From Bacteroidota bacterium (GTDB taxonomy: Bacteria > Bacteroidota > Bacteroidia > UKL13-3), in contig JAIYAT010000025.1 of NCBI GenBank assembly GCA_027488905.1, positions 14,139-78,138 on the forward strand: a stretch of DNA of 64,000 bases, read 5' to 3'. The notes beneath the pieces were generated by a model. It did no database searches, was not told the origin of the DNA, and was given only the letters and a program-made list of their open reading frames with translations. How positions within the stretch are numbered: the first letter of the stretch is position 1; the number at the start of each line of letters is the position of its first letter. Positions 45,708 to 55,649 of this stretch are shown here, one piece after another. The position numbers were made by a program, and so were the translations under genes.

Positions 45708-46076
45708 ATGTTTATGAATAATAGAACCCTCCTAATCGTAGAAGATGATCAAATGAGTTTTGAATCTTTAAAGAAAATCTTAGATAACCTAGGCTATCAA
45801 AATATGGTTCATGTAAAAACAGGCATGGATGCATTAAGTGAGGTAAAAACTAAGACTTTTGATATTGTATTAATGGACATAGGTTTGGAAGGCAAATTAG
45901 ATGGAATTGATACCAGTACTTTAATGGAAGGTAAGTCTAGGGTTATTTTCACCTCCGCACACCATAAAGATGGTGAAACCTTTAAGCGAATTGCAAAAGC
46001 AGGGAGTTACGGTTTTATTTCTAAACCATATACTTTACAGCAGGTTAGAGAGGCATTAGAGAATGCATTAAATTGA
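45708..46076 (+). CDS. stand-alone receiver (CheY-like) response regulator
   Basis: REC only: LLIVEDD, phospho-acceptor LMDIGL and SKPY. Start ATG is at 45708 or 45714; the ORF-track start at 45687 is TTG. Confidence 0.85.
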   Translation: MFMNNRTLLIVEDDQMSFESLKKILDNLGYQNMVHVKTGMDALSEVKTKTFDIVLMDIGLEGKLDGIDTSTLMEGKSRVIFTSAHHKDGETFKRIAKAGSYGFISKPYTLQQVREALENALN

Positions 46077-46137
46077 AATATCGGAATTAGTTTTTTTTTG
46101 CTACTTTTGCATTTATATAAAGATGCTAAAATAGCAG

Positions 46138-48309
46138 ATGAATACCCCTTTTTTTTATTTTGACAGAAAAATACTTCTAGTGCTTTTCCTCCTTTTGTGG
46201 GGAGAATCACTCTTTTCACAAAGTAAAACAATTCTAGAAATTAAAGGTAAGCTTGCCAGTCGAAATACCCATGATACCTCAACTGTAAATTTATTAAACG
46301 AATTGGCCTTTGAATTTAGAAATTCGTATCCTGATAGTACCATTTTTTATGCAAATCAGTCTCTTGCAATTTCCAATGAGTTAAATTATAAAATAGGGCA
46401 AGCAAATGCTTATAAACAATTAGCAATCGGAAGCTTTTATCAATCTAATGGAAAACTAGCAAAGTTATATAATCGTTCGGCACTTAAATTATTCAAGGAA
46501 TCTAATGATAAAAAGGGAGAGGCCGCAGTTCTAAATAATTTAGGGATGATTTTTCACAATGAAGGTGATTTTGAAAAAGCACTTTTTCATTACAATCAAA
46601 GTTTGCAAATCCGTAAGGCCATTTATGATGCTAAAGGAATGGGGGATAGCTACAATAATATAGGAAACATCTATTTAGACAAAGGGAATTTCAAAGAAGC
46701 CATTGAGCATTATTTTGAAGCACTTCAAATTAGAGAAGACAATAAAGATTCGGTTAGTATTGCAAATAGCTATGGAAGTATTGCTGGCGTTTACTTTTTG
46801 TTAGGAAAATATGAGGACGCCGAAAAAAATGCCAAGCGTGCTTTGACCATTCAACAGCTAATTGGTGAGCGAATTGGGTCAATACAAAGTAACATTGAAT
46901 TAGGAGGGATTTATCATCATAGGAAGCAGTACGATTCTGCTATTCAATATTTTAATTCTGCCTACCTTTTGGCAAAAGAAGCTGGAGATCAAGCAGACGA
47001 AATAGTTTGTTTGATAGATTTTGGGGAGGTATACAATGATAAAGGAATGCCTGATAGTGCTCTTTATTTTTTCGAATTAGCCATGCCCAAATGCATCAAG
47101 TTTGAAGACAAAATTGGTGTTGCATTTTGTGATATTGGTATTGCAAAGGCTAAATTGTTAAAGGGAGATTTACAAGGTAGTTTGCATCATTCTAGGCTGG
47201 GTTACGATGCTGCTTTTAAATTGCATAATAAAGTGCAAATTTTAGAAGCAAGTTCCCAGCTTGCTAAGGTTTTACAAAAATTAAGTAAGTTTCAGGAAGC
47301 AAATTTTTATTTGAATCAATCTATTATTTATAAGGATAGTTTGCAAATTGAAGAAAATGCAACAAGAACACACGAGTTAGAATTTAATTATCTTTTAGAG
47401 AAAAAACAGAATGAAATTACGCTATTAGAAAAAGATAATTCAATTCAAATTGCCAAAAGTAGGTTTCAGTATTCTATAACCATAGGATTACTTGTTATGA
47501 TTATGTTTTTAGCAATTTCTGTTTATATAATACAAAGATCAAGGGCGAATGAAATACAGGCTAAAGATTTGGTTACCCAACAAAAGCATGCAATTGAAAG
47601 GCAAGCCAAAGATTTAGAAGAACTTAATATCTATAAAAATAAAATTTTTTCCATCCTTTCCCATGATATTCGTAATCCTATTTCCTCTTTAAATCAAATT
47701 GTTGAGTTAATCAATGAAGACGTATTGACAATTAATGATTTAAACCACTTAAAGGATAGGCTTCATGGTCAATTGAAATCTATCAATATCCTGCTAGACA
47801 ATGTTTTAAATTGGAGTAAGAATCAGTTAGAAGGTGAGTTACTACCTAATAAAAAGGAAACAAATCTTACCCTTCTAGTGAATCAAAATATTACTTTATT
47901 TGAAGAGTTTTCGCAACAAAAGCAGCTTGTTCTTAACAATATGGTGCCTGATGATTTTATGGTTTGGGTTGACCCAAATCATTTGGATTTGGCTGTTAGA
48001 AATATTTTGTTTAATGCAATTAAATTTTCTTTCCAGAATGGAACCATAGAAATCAAAATAGAAAAAAAAGAAGGCGAAGTGTTTATCTCAATTTCCGATA
48101 ATGGGAAAGGTATGGATGACTTGGAGTTGGAATCACTTTTTTCATATAATAAGCAACCTGGAATTTATGGAACAAATGGGGAGCGAGGAGCAGGGATTGG
48201 CCTAATTTTGACAAAAGAATTTGTTAGTAAAAATGACGGAAAAATATTGGTTCAATCCAAAGTAAATGAAGGTTCTACCTTTACCTTGGTGTTTCCTGAT
48301 TTAGTATAA
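46138..48309 (+). CDS. TPR-repeat sensor histidine kinase (HisKA plus HATPase_c)
   Basis: 723 aa with the same architecture as 21650..23665: signal sequence, TPR units, coiled coil, TM, H-box FSILSHDIRNPI, and DNGKGM / GAGIGL. Confidence 0.9.
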   Translation: MNTPFFYFDRKILLVLFLLLWGESLFSQSKTILEIKGKLASRNTHDTSTVNLLNELAFEFRNSYPDSTIFYANQSLAISNELNYKIGQANAYKQLAIGSFYQSNGKLAKLYNRSALKLFKESNDKKGEAAVLNNLGMIFHNEGDFEKALFHYNQSLQIRKAIYDAKGMGDSYNNIGNIYLDKGNFKEAIEHYFEALQIREDNKDSVSIANSYGSIAGVYFLLGKYEDAEKNAKRALTIQQLIGERIGSIQSNIELGGIYHHRKQYDSAIQYFNSAYLLAKEAGDQADEIVCLIDFGEVYNDKGMPDSALYFFELAMPKCIKFEDKIGVAFCDIGIAKAKLLKGDLQGSLHHSRLGYDAAFKLHNKVQILEASSQLAKVLQKLSKFQEANFYLNQSIIYKDSLQIEENATRTHELEFNYLLEKKQNEITLLEKDNSIQIAKSRFQYSITIGLLVMIMFLAISVYIIQRSRANEIQAKDLVTQQKHAIERQAKDLEELNIYKNKIFSILSHDIRNPISSLNQIVELINEDVLTINDLNHLKDRLHGQLKSINILLDNVLNWSKNQLEGELLPNKKETNLTLLVNQNITLFEEFSQQKQLVLNNMVPDDFMVWVDPNHLDLAVRNILFNAIKFSFQNGTIEIKIEKKEGEVFISISDNGKGMDDLELESLFSYNKQPGIYGTNGERGAGIGLILTKEFVSKNDGKILVQSKVNEGSTFTLVFPDLV

Positions 48310-48321
48310 TTTGGGTTTTTC

Positions 48322-48331
48322 GGTTTGAACC
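48322..48331 (+). repeat. intergenic copy of the over-represented word GGTTTGAACC
   Basis: Exact 10-mer with flank TTTTTC, 12 nt after the kinase stop at 48309. Confidence 0.95.
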
Positions 48332-48420
48332 CACCCTAAATGCTTAAAATCACCTTTTTCCTTTCTTAAAGTTTGTTAATTTCGCTGCACGATTTTTATA
48401 AAATTATTAATTTTTATACC

Positions 48421-49362
48421 ATGACAAAAGTTTCCGTTATTGGAGCAGGAGCAGTAGGTGCAACTACTGCAGACGTTATTGCCAGCAGAGAATTGGCAGA
48501 TGAAGTTGTTTTACTAGATGTTAAAGAAGGTTTTGCAGAAGGAAAAGCTTTAGACATCTACCAAACTACCTCCTTGAGAGGCATTAGAACACGTATTTCG
48601 GGTACAACCAATGATTACAGTAAAACCGCTGGTTCAGATGTAGTTGTAATTACTTCTGGAATTCCGCGTAAGCCAGGAATGACGCGTGAGGAGTTAATTG
48701 GAACCAATGCTAACATTGTTAAAAGTGTTGCAGAAAATGTATTGAAACATTCTCCAAATGCGATAATCGTTGTGGTTTCAAATCCAATGGACACCATGAC
48801 TTACCTTGCCTTGAAATCAACAGGTTTGCCTAAAAATAGAATTATTGGTATGGGCGGCATTTTGGATAGCGCTCGTTTCAAAGGCTACTTGGGATTAGCA
48901 ACAAATGCTTTAACAACAGATATTCATGGAACAGTTATTGGGGGGCATGGCGACACTACGATGATACCATTAACACGTTTAGCAACTTTGAACGGCGTTC
49001 CGTTTTCCAATTTGTTAAGTGCAGATAAGTTAAAAGAAATTAGTGATGCTACTATGGTTGGTGGCGCTACACTCACAAAATTGTTGGGAACTTCTGCTTG
49101 GTACGCGCCAGGTGCAGCTTCTGCAATGTTAGTAGAAAGTATTGTGCGCGACCAAAAACGCATTCTACCAAATTGTGTGTATTTAGATGGAGAGTACGGA
49201 CAAAAAGATATTTGTTTAGGCGTGCCAGTAGTTGTAGGCAGAAATGGATGGGAAGCTATTGTGGATTATAATCTAAATGAGGAAGAGCAAGCAGCATTTA
49301 ATAAAAGTGCAGATGCAGTGCGCGCGATGAACGCTGTTTTGAGCGAAATTGGCGTATTATAA
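48421..49362 (+). CDS. mdh: malate dehydrogenase (LDH-like type)
   Basis: MTKVSVIGAGAVGATTA NAD fold, GIPRKPGMTREEL substrate loop, and the catalytic GGHGD. Confidence 0.94.
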   Translation: MTKVSVIGAGAVGATTADVIASRELADEVVLLDVKEGFAEGKALDIYQTTSLRGIRTRISGTTNDYSKTAGSDVVVITSGIPRKPGMTREELIGTNANIVKSVAENVLKHSPNAIIVVVSNPMDTMTYLALKSTGLPKNRIIGMGGILDSARFKGYLGLATNALTTDIHGTVIGGHGDTTMIPLTRLATLNGVPFSNLLSADKLKEISDATMVGGATLTKLLGTSAWYAPGAASAMLVESIVRDQKRILPNCVYLDGEYGQKDICLGVPVVVGRNGWEAIVDYNLNEEEQAAFNKSADAVRAMNAVLSEIGVL

Positions 49363-49384
49363 ATTACACCTTCGGGAGTGGGAA

Positions 49385-49413
49385 GGGGGCGGCCGAAGGC
49401 CGCCCCCTTTTTT
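49385..49413 (+). terminator. rho-independent terminator after mdh
   Basis: GC-rich 10 bp stem GGGGGCGGCC/GGCCGCCCCC, loop GAA, then TTTTTT. Confidence 0.9.
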
Positions 49414-49494
49414 GTTGCAAATTTCTTCAACCATTTCTGTATTTTCGCTGACTTACCTAAATAACTGCTTAAAAAATTAGGTTGTATTTTAAAC

Positions 49495-50397
49495 ATGTCT
49501 ATAGAAGTTATTGGTTTAAACAAATTATATGGGTCCCAAAAAGCGCTAGATAATGTCAGCTTTTCGGTTCAACCCGGAGAAATATTAGGATTTTTGGGGC
49601 CTAATGGCGCTGGAAAATCTACTACCATGAAAATTCTTACAGGATACCTACCTCAAACCTCTGGCATAGCTAAGGTCTGTGGGTATGATGTTAATGCCAA
49701 CAGCCTCGAAGTGAGAAAACATATTGGTTACCTTCCAGAACTTAATCCGCTCTATGCAGATATGTATATCAAAGAATACCTATTGTTTACTGCAGGTATG
49801 ATGGGGATAAAAGGAGCTCAAGCAACTACCGCCGTAGAAAAAATGATTCTTAAAACAGGTATTAGTCCTGAGCGCAAAAAGAAAATAGCACAACTTTCAA
49901 AAGGATATAAACAAAGAGTGGGACTTGCTGCAGCCCTTTTGCATGATCCAGATGTTTTAATTTTGGATGAACCTACCACCGGCTTAGACCCAAATCAAGT
50001 TGTTGAAATTAGAAACCTTATCAAGGAAATTGGGAAAAACAAAACAGTGATTTTTTCTACCCATATCATGCAAGAGGTAGAAGCACTCTGCAATAGAGTG
50101 GTAATCATTAACAAGGGCAAAATTGTGGCAGATAATGATATTGCAGGCTTACAGCAAATGATGCGCAAGCAATTTGTATTGCAATTAGAAATAAAAGGTG
50201 ATTGCACAAGCGCAGATTTATTAGGTATTTCAGGTGTCATCAGTGCAAACGCAAATGGCGCTTTTTGGACTATTAAGTCGAGCCAAGATGTGAGAGAGGC
50301 ATTGGCAATTATGTCTCAATCCAAACAATGGATTATACTTTCTATGCAATTAGAAGAGCAGTCGTTGGAAGATGTATTTCAAACTTTAACAAAGTAA
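49495..50397 (+). CDS. gldA: gliding-motility-associated ABC transporter, ATP-binding subunit
   Basis: 300 aa with Walker A GPNGAGKST, signature LSKGYKQR and Walker B ILDEPT. Followed by gldF and gldG homologues. Confidence 0.88.
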   Translation: MSIEVIGLNKLYGSQKALDNVSFSVQPGEILGFLGPNGAGKSTTMKILTGYLPQTSGIAKVCGYDVNANSLEVRKHIGYLPELNPLYADMYIKEYLLFTAGMMGIKGAQATTAVEKMILKTGISPERKKKIAQLSKGYKQRVGLAAALLHDPDVLILDEPTTGLDPNQVVEIRNLIKEIGKNKTVIFSTHIMQEVEALCNRVVIINKGKIVADNDIAGLQQMMRKQFVLQLEIKGDCTSADLLGISGVISANANGAFWTIKSSQDVREALAIMSQSKQWIILSMQLEEQSLEDVFQTLTK

Positions 50398-50400
50398 GCT

Positions 50401-51129
50401 ATGGGTTCAATCTATATAAAAGAAATCAGAAGCTTTTTAAGTTCATTAATCGCTTATGTTGTAATGCTGGTGTTTTTATTGGCTACAGGTTTATTCACTT
50501 GGGTGTTGCCAGATTATAATATTTTTGATTATGGCTATGCAAACTTAGATACCTTGTTTAGCATGGCGCCTTGGTTGTTTATGTTTCTTATTTCTGCTAT
50601 TACAATGAAAAGCCTTAGTGAGGAGAAAAAAACTGGAACAATTGAGATAATTACCACAAGACCAATTACAGATTTGCAAATTATCTTGGGTAAGTATTTT
50701 GCTGGTATCACTCTTGTATTGTTTACCATTTTGCCAACCCTAATATATTTCGTAACCATCTTTCAATTAGGCGCACCCAAGGGTAATTTAGATACAGGGG
50801 CAATAATAGGTTCATACCTTGGATTGTTCTTTTTAGCAAGCTGTTTTGTTGCCATTGGTATGTTTAGTTCGGCTATAAGCGACAATCAAATCGTTTCCTT
50901 TATTTTTTCCCTTTTCCTTTGTTTTCTTTTTTATAATTTGTTTGATTTAATAGCAGATTTTAAACTATTAGGTAGTTGGGATTCGGTAGTTGCTGGTTTA
51001 GGAATCAATGCCCACTATGAAAGCATAAGCAGGGGAGTGGTTGATTCTAGAGATTTAATTTATTTTATTGGTTTCGACCTAATTTTTATTTGGGCGAGTA
51101 AAACAATGTTTGAAAGCAGAAAATGGTAG
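50401..51129 (+). CDS. gldF: gliding-motility-associated ABC transporter permease
   Basis: 242 aa ABC-2 type permease with 6 TM and the SEEKKTGTIE motif. Lies between gldA and gldG. Confidence 0.85.
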   Translation: MGSIYIKEIRSFLSSLIAYVVMLVFLLATGLFTWVLPDYNIFDYGYANLDTLFSMAPWLFMFLISAITMKSLSEEKKTGTIEIITTRPITDLQIILGKYFAGITLVLFTILPTLIYFVTIFQLGAPKGNLDTGAIIGSYLGLFFLASCFVAIGMFSSAISDNQIVSFIFSLFLCFLFYNLFDLIADFKLLGSWDSVVAGLGINAHYESISRGVVDSRDLIYFIGFDLIFIWASKTMFESRKW

Positions 51130-52847
51130 GCAAAGAGATGGAAAAAATGAATAAGAGAAAATCAGAACGCTCCCAAAGTCTCATAAAATTACTTTTAGTA
51201 ATTGCGCTAGTTGTATTGGTAAATATACTGTTTACAAACTATTTCTTTAGGGTAGATTTAACCAAAGAGAAGCGTTTTTCTTTGTCGGAGGCTAGTAAAA
51301 ATATGGCTGCTAACGTAAAGGAAGTGGCTTATGTGAAAGTTTATTTGGAAGGAGAATTTCCTGCAGGTTTCAAAAGATTGAGCCGGGCAACAAGAGAAAT
51401 GTTGGATGAGTTTGCATTGTATAGTAATGGAAACATTCAATATGAATTCATAGACCCATTTAAAGGAGCTGATTCTAAAAGAACCTCTGAGATTATTCAA
51501 GAATTAGGAAGCAAAGGCTTACAGCCAACTAATGTTCAAATTAAGAAAGAAGATGAATTTGCACAGAAAATTCTAATTCCTGGAGCCATACTCAACTATA
51601 AAGGAAAAGAATACCCAATTAATTTGTTAAGAAGTCAGTTTGGACAAAATCCAGAGGAGGTTATTAATAGTTCTGTTGAATTGCTGGAATACGAAATTGC
51701 AAATACTTTGCGCAACGCCCTTCAAAGTACAAAGAAGAAAATCGCTATTATAGACGACCATGGCGAATTAGGCAAGTGGGATATTGCAGAAGCAGAAGCT
51801 ATGCTAAATCAGTTTTATAAAGTAGAGCATTTGCCATTGTCTATTCAAGTGCCGCAAAAACTTTTTGAATATGTTGGCATTATCATCGCAAAACCAACTA
51901 AGGAAATTTCTGAATTTGATAAATTCAAAATAGACCAGTTTATCATGCATGGAGGCAAAGTATTGTGGTTGGTAGAAACTCAACAAGCTGACATGGATAG
52001 TTTACGAAGGGAAAATTTATTTGTAACACCAACTTATGAAACAGGTTTAGAGGATATCCTTTTTAAATATGGTGTGCGTGTAAATGCAAATATGGTTCAG
52101 GATTTACAATGCCATGCCATTCCAGTTCTTTCTGGTATGAGAGATGGTACGCCTCAACAAAAGCTCTTGAATTGGCCTTACTATCCTGTTGCTTCTGGAT
52201 TTGGAAATCACCCAATTATTAGAGGTGTTGAACCAATCTGGTTTCAATTTGCTGCCTCCATTGATACTTTAGCCAACCCCGATATTAGAAAAACGATTTT
52301 ATATAAAAGTAGTCTTTATTCAAGGTTATTGACAGCTCCAGTGCGCATAGACTTAAACGTTTCTCGTTTAGATTTACAACCAGAAATGTTCCAACGTAAA
52401 AGCAAAGGGGAGTTTATTATGGGTGTATTGTTAGAGGGCAAATTTACAAGCAATTTTGCCTATAGGTTCGACCAAAGTAGAACGCCCGACTTACCTTTTA
52501 AAGACCATGTGGATAACAACAAAATGATAGTTATTTCTGATGGAGATGTAATCCGAAATCAATTTAAAAAAAGCACTGGAGAAGTTTATCCTTTAGGTTA
52601 TGATAGATTTACCAATCAGCAGTTTGGAAATGAAAAGCTTATTTTAAATTGTATTGATTATCTATGCGATGATTCAGGCATTATTGAAATTAGAAGTAAA
52701 GAAATAAAACTGCGCTTGCTTGATAAGGGTAAAATAAAAAAGCAAAGAAATTATTGGATTGCCTTAAACATCGGCGGTCCTGTTATACTAATATTACTCT
52801 TTGGTTTCCTCAATAATTTTATTCGTAGAAGAAAATATACTCGATGA
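51123..52847 (+). CDS. gldG: gliding-associated ABC transporter auxiliary component GldG
   Basis: 574 aa with N- and C-terminal TM anchors and a large periplasmic domain. Order gldA-F-G is conserved. Alternative starts are at 51138 and 51147. Confidence 0.82.
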   Translation: MVGKEMEKMNKRKSERSQSLIKLLLVIALVVLVNILFTNYFFRVDLTKEKRFSLSEASKNMAANVKEVAYVKVYLEGEFPAGFKRLSRATREMLDEFALYSNGNIQYEFIDPFKGADSKRTSEIIQELGSKGLQPTNVQIKKEDEFAQKILIPGAILNYKGKEYPINLLRSQFGQNPEEVINSSVELLEYEIANTLRNALQSTKKKIAIIDDHGELGKWDIAEAEAMLNQFYKVEHLPLSIQVPQKLFEYVGIIIAKPTKEISEFDKFKIDQFIMHGGKVLWLVETQQADMDSLRRENLFVTPTYETGLEDILFKYGVRVNANMVQDLQCHAIPVLSGMRDGTPQQKLLNWPYYPVASGFGNHPIIRGVEPIWFQFAASIDTLANPDIRKTILYKSSLYSRLLTAPVRIDLNVSRLDLQPEMFQRKSKGEFIMGVLLEGKFTSNFAYRFDQSRTPDLPFKDHVDNNKMIVISDGDVIRNQFKKSTGEVYPLGYDRFTNQQFGNEKLILNCIDYLCDDSGIIEIRSKEIKLRLLDKGKIKKQRNYWIALNIGGPVILILLFGFLNNFIRRRKYTR

Positions 52848-53863
52848 AAAAAAGCACGTTTATTTTACTCCTAGTTGTTGTGGTGCTTGGTATAAGTACC
52901 TTTCTACTTATGCGCAAACCTTGGTCTAATTCCCAGCATGAAGCAGCTGCTTTTGCTGTTAAAGACACAGCAAAAGTTACACGTGTTTTTTTAGCCGATA
53001 AGGTTGGAAAAACGTTAACATTAGAGAGAAACACAGACAACACTTGGACTGCCAATAAAAATATTCTGGTTGATCATACCAAGATAAACTTATTACTAAC
53101 AACCCTGCATGATTTGCAAGTGAAAATTCCTGTTAGCGCGCCTATGCACAATACAGCAATGGCCATTCTTGGGAGTAAAGGTATTAAGTGCGAGATTTAC
53201 GAGGGAGAAAGGCTCTTGAAGGTGATATATATTGGTACCGAAACTCCTGAAAAAGAAGGCACATTCATGATTTTGGAAGGCGAAGATCAACCTTATATCA
53301 TTCAACAGCCTGGTTTTATTGGCTTCTTAACACCTAGATTTAGTACTGATGAGATAAAATGGCGCAGTAAGCTGATTTTTAATGTGGCGAAAAAGGACAT
53401 TCAAGAAATAACCATTCGCTACCCATCTAATGAAAGTGAATCCTTTGTTTTAAACGCAATTACTGCCCAACAAAAGGGAGTTATACAAGATAGCAAAGGC
53501 AATTTGGTTCAAACCGACACCTTAAAAACCAACTTATTATTAAATGCTTTTGAACAATTATATGCCGAAGGTTTTTATGATGAAACCGTTTTTACAAAAG
53601 CTGAAAGAGATTCTGTATTTGGCCTTAATGCTTATGTTAGTATAGACTTAAAATTAATAAATGGAGACATCCAACATTTAAGTTTATATGAAAAGTTGGT
53701 GGGAGACAAAACTAAGGATCGTTTTGATGAGGATAAAAAAGAAAGGACGATTGACCCCGAAAAGTTCTTTGCAAAAGTGGGTAATCAAAATTTAGCAGCC
53801 TCTGTGCAGGAATATGCCTTTAGAAGAATTTTGGTCAAAAAGTCTGATTTACAATTACGTTAG
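52844..53863 (+). CDS. DUF4340-like protein usually found downstream of gldG
   Basis: 339 aa with an N-terminal anchor. ATGA overlap with gldG. The family name comes from remembered synteny and is unverified. Confidence 0.6.
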   Translation: MKKSTFILLLVVVVLGISTFLLMRKPWSNSQHEAAAFAVKDTAKVTRVFLADKVGKTLTLERNTDNTWTANKNILVDHTKINLLLTTLHDLQVKIPVSAPMHNTAMAILGSKGIKCEIYEGERLLKVIYIGTETPEKEGTFMILEGEDQPYIIQQPGFIGFLTPRFSTDEIKWRSKLIFNVAKKDIQEITIRYPSNESESFVLNAITAQQKGVIQDSKGNLVQTDTLKTNLLLNAFEQLYAEGFYDETVFTKAERDSVFGLNAYVSIDLKLINGDIQHLSLYEKLVGDKTKDRFDEDKKERTIDPEKFFAKVGNQNLAASVQEYAFRRILVKKSDLQLR

Positions 53864-53915
53864 ACTCAGGTTTCTTTGGATTTTACCCTAAATATTGATT
53901 AAATTGCGAGCCTAA

Positions 53916-55196
53916 ATGGACAACCCTTCCGTCATTATCATAGGCAGTATTTTGTTTTCTGCCTTTTTCGCAGGTATCGAAATCGCGTTTATTTCTGCCA
54001 ATAAACTACTCATTGAACTCAAAAATAAACAAGGGAGTTATTATGCAAGAATACTTTCTCCTTTTATTGCCAATCCTTCAAAATTTATAAGTACAACCCT
54101 TATTGGTAATAATATTGGTTTGGTGGTGTATGGTATTTATATGGCCAAAGTTTTGGATGGTGTGTTCTTAAATCTTTTGCCCTCCTTAACACAGTACCAT
54201 TTTCTTCTTCTGTTTATCCAAACGCTTATTTCAACCTTAATTGTGCTGGTAACCGCTGAGTTTTTGCCAAAGGTTTTATTTCGCATAAACCCAGATAGTA
54301 TCCTTAAAATTTTGGTGGTTCCCTTTATGTTTTTCTATTATCTTTTTTGGCCAATAGTTCACTTTTTCACTTGGCTTTCAAAGTTGATTTTATCTAAACT
54401 AGGAGGAGGAGAGTTTACAGAAAATACTCCTGCTTTTAGTAGATTAGATTTAGACCAATACATTGATCAAATTAATGAACAAGACCTTCCTGAAGATATT
54501 GAGGTAGACACAGAAATATTTAGGAATGCGCTTGATTTTGGTAACATAAAGGTGCGCGAATGTCTTACGCCAAGAACAGAACTTGTGAGCATGAGCATTG
54601 ATGCTAGTATAGACCAATTGCATCAATTGTTTGTGGAAACTGGTTTATCTAAAATACTTATTTATAAAGATAATCAAGATCAGGTGATTGGATATGTGCA
54701 TCAAAAGGAAATGTTTAAGCGGCCAGAAAACATTCGTAGCATTTTGATTTCTATTGAAATTGCAACCGAAACCATGTCTATCATGGATTTGTTGAATCGC
54801 TTTACGCGCACTAGAAAAAGTATTGCTTTGGTGGTAGATGAATTAGGTGGAACAGCCGGTATCATTACTATTGAAGATATTATGGAAGAGGTTTTTGGAG
54901 AAATAGAAGATGAACATGATGTTGAAGAATTGATTGAGCAAACCATTGGGGAAAAAGAATTCAGATTTTCAGCACGCCAAGAAATTGATTACCTAAACAA
55001 TGAATATGAATTGGGAATACCAGAAGGCGAATATCACACCCTTGGAGGATATATTATTTCATCCCATGAAAGCATTCCTACTGCAGGTGAAAAGCTAATT
55101 TTAGACCAATTTGAGATTACAATTGAGTCTATAAACCAAGCAAAAATTGGGACAATTCACCTAAGAATTATCCATGATGCTGAGGAGAACAATTAG
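53916..55196 (+). CDS. CNNM/hemolysin-family protein (DUF21 plus CBS pair plus CorC_HlyC), GldE-like
   Basis: 426 aa. Four N-terminal TM helices, a CBS pair region and a C-terminal CorC-type domain (TLGGYIISSHESIPTAGEK). Confidence 0.82.
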   Translation: MDNPSVIIIGSILFSAFFAGIEIAFISANKLLIELKNKQGSYYARILSPFIANPSKFISTTLIGNNIGLVVYGIYMAKVLDGVFLNLLPSLTQYHFLLLFIQTLISTLIVLVTAEFLPKVLFRINPDSILKILVVPFMFFYYLFWPIVHFFTWLSKLILSKLGGGEFTENTPAFSRLDLDQYIDQINEQDLPEDIEVDTEIFRNALDFGNIKVRECLTPRTELVSMSIDASIDQLHQLFVETGLSKILIYKDNQDQVIGYVHQKEMFKRPENIRSILISIEIATETMSIMDLLNRFTRTRKSIALVVDELGGTAGIITIEDIMEEVFGEIEDEHDVEELIEQTIGEKEFRFSARQEIDYLNNEYELGIPEGEYHTLGGYIISSHESIPTAGEKLILDQFEITIESINQAKIGTIHLRIIHDAEENN

Positions 55197-55642
55197 TTCA
55201 ATTCACAAATCTTTACTTGTTTGTTGGCTATAGCAATATAATCACCTTTAGATTTTCCAAAAATTGCCTTTGCCAAAGGTGATACATCAGAAATTATAGC
55301 AACCTTGTAGTTATTTACACTTAAATTTCCAATAGCTGCTACAATATAGCATAAGGTGGTTTCGGTTTGAACCAAAGCGCCTAATTCTCCAATATTGGAT
55401 GTCTTTTCTGGATTGACTTTTAATAATTTATGGTATTCAGTTTTTAAAACTTCAAGCTGCTTAGAAAGCATGTAGATTTCATTCTGACTCATGGCACGAG
55501 CGGTTTCATATTTATCTCCCATGCTACTCTTTTGTTCAGAATTACCGCTTTCTTGAACTTTTTTAATGGCATCTGTAAGTTCTTTCATCTTTTGTTCTTG
55601 AAAGGACTTAGCAAAATGCCAAATCTCGTTTTTGTCAATCAT
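55193..55642 (-). CDS. GreA/GreB C-terminal-domain protein with an N-terminal coiled coil
   Basis: 149 aa. The C-terminus (ISDVSPLAKAIFGKSKGDYIAI...VKICEL) resembles the GreA C-terminal domain. Confidence 0.6.
   Translation of the reverse strand: MIDKNEIWHFAKSFQEQKMKELTDAIKKVQESGNSEQKSSMGDKYETARAMSQNEIYMLSKQLEVLKTEYHKLLKVNPEKTSNIGELGALVQTETTLCYIVAAIGNLSVNNYKVAIISDVSPLAKAIFGKSKGDYIAIANKQVKICELN
55358..55378 (+). repeat. 21-nt block GGTTTCGGTTTGAACCAAAGC, identical to 32030..32050
   Basis: Exact identity. Lies inside the unrelated GreA-like gene, where it also encodes ALVQTET. Confidence 0.95.
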
Positions 55643-55649
55643 TTTTTTA

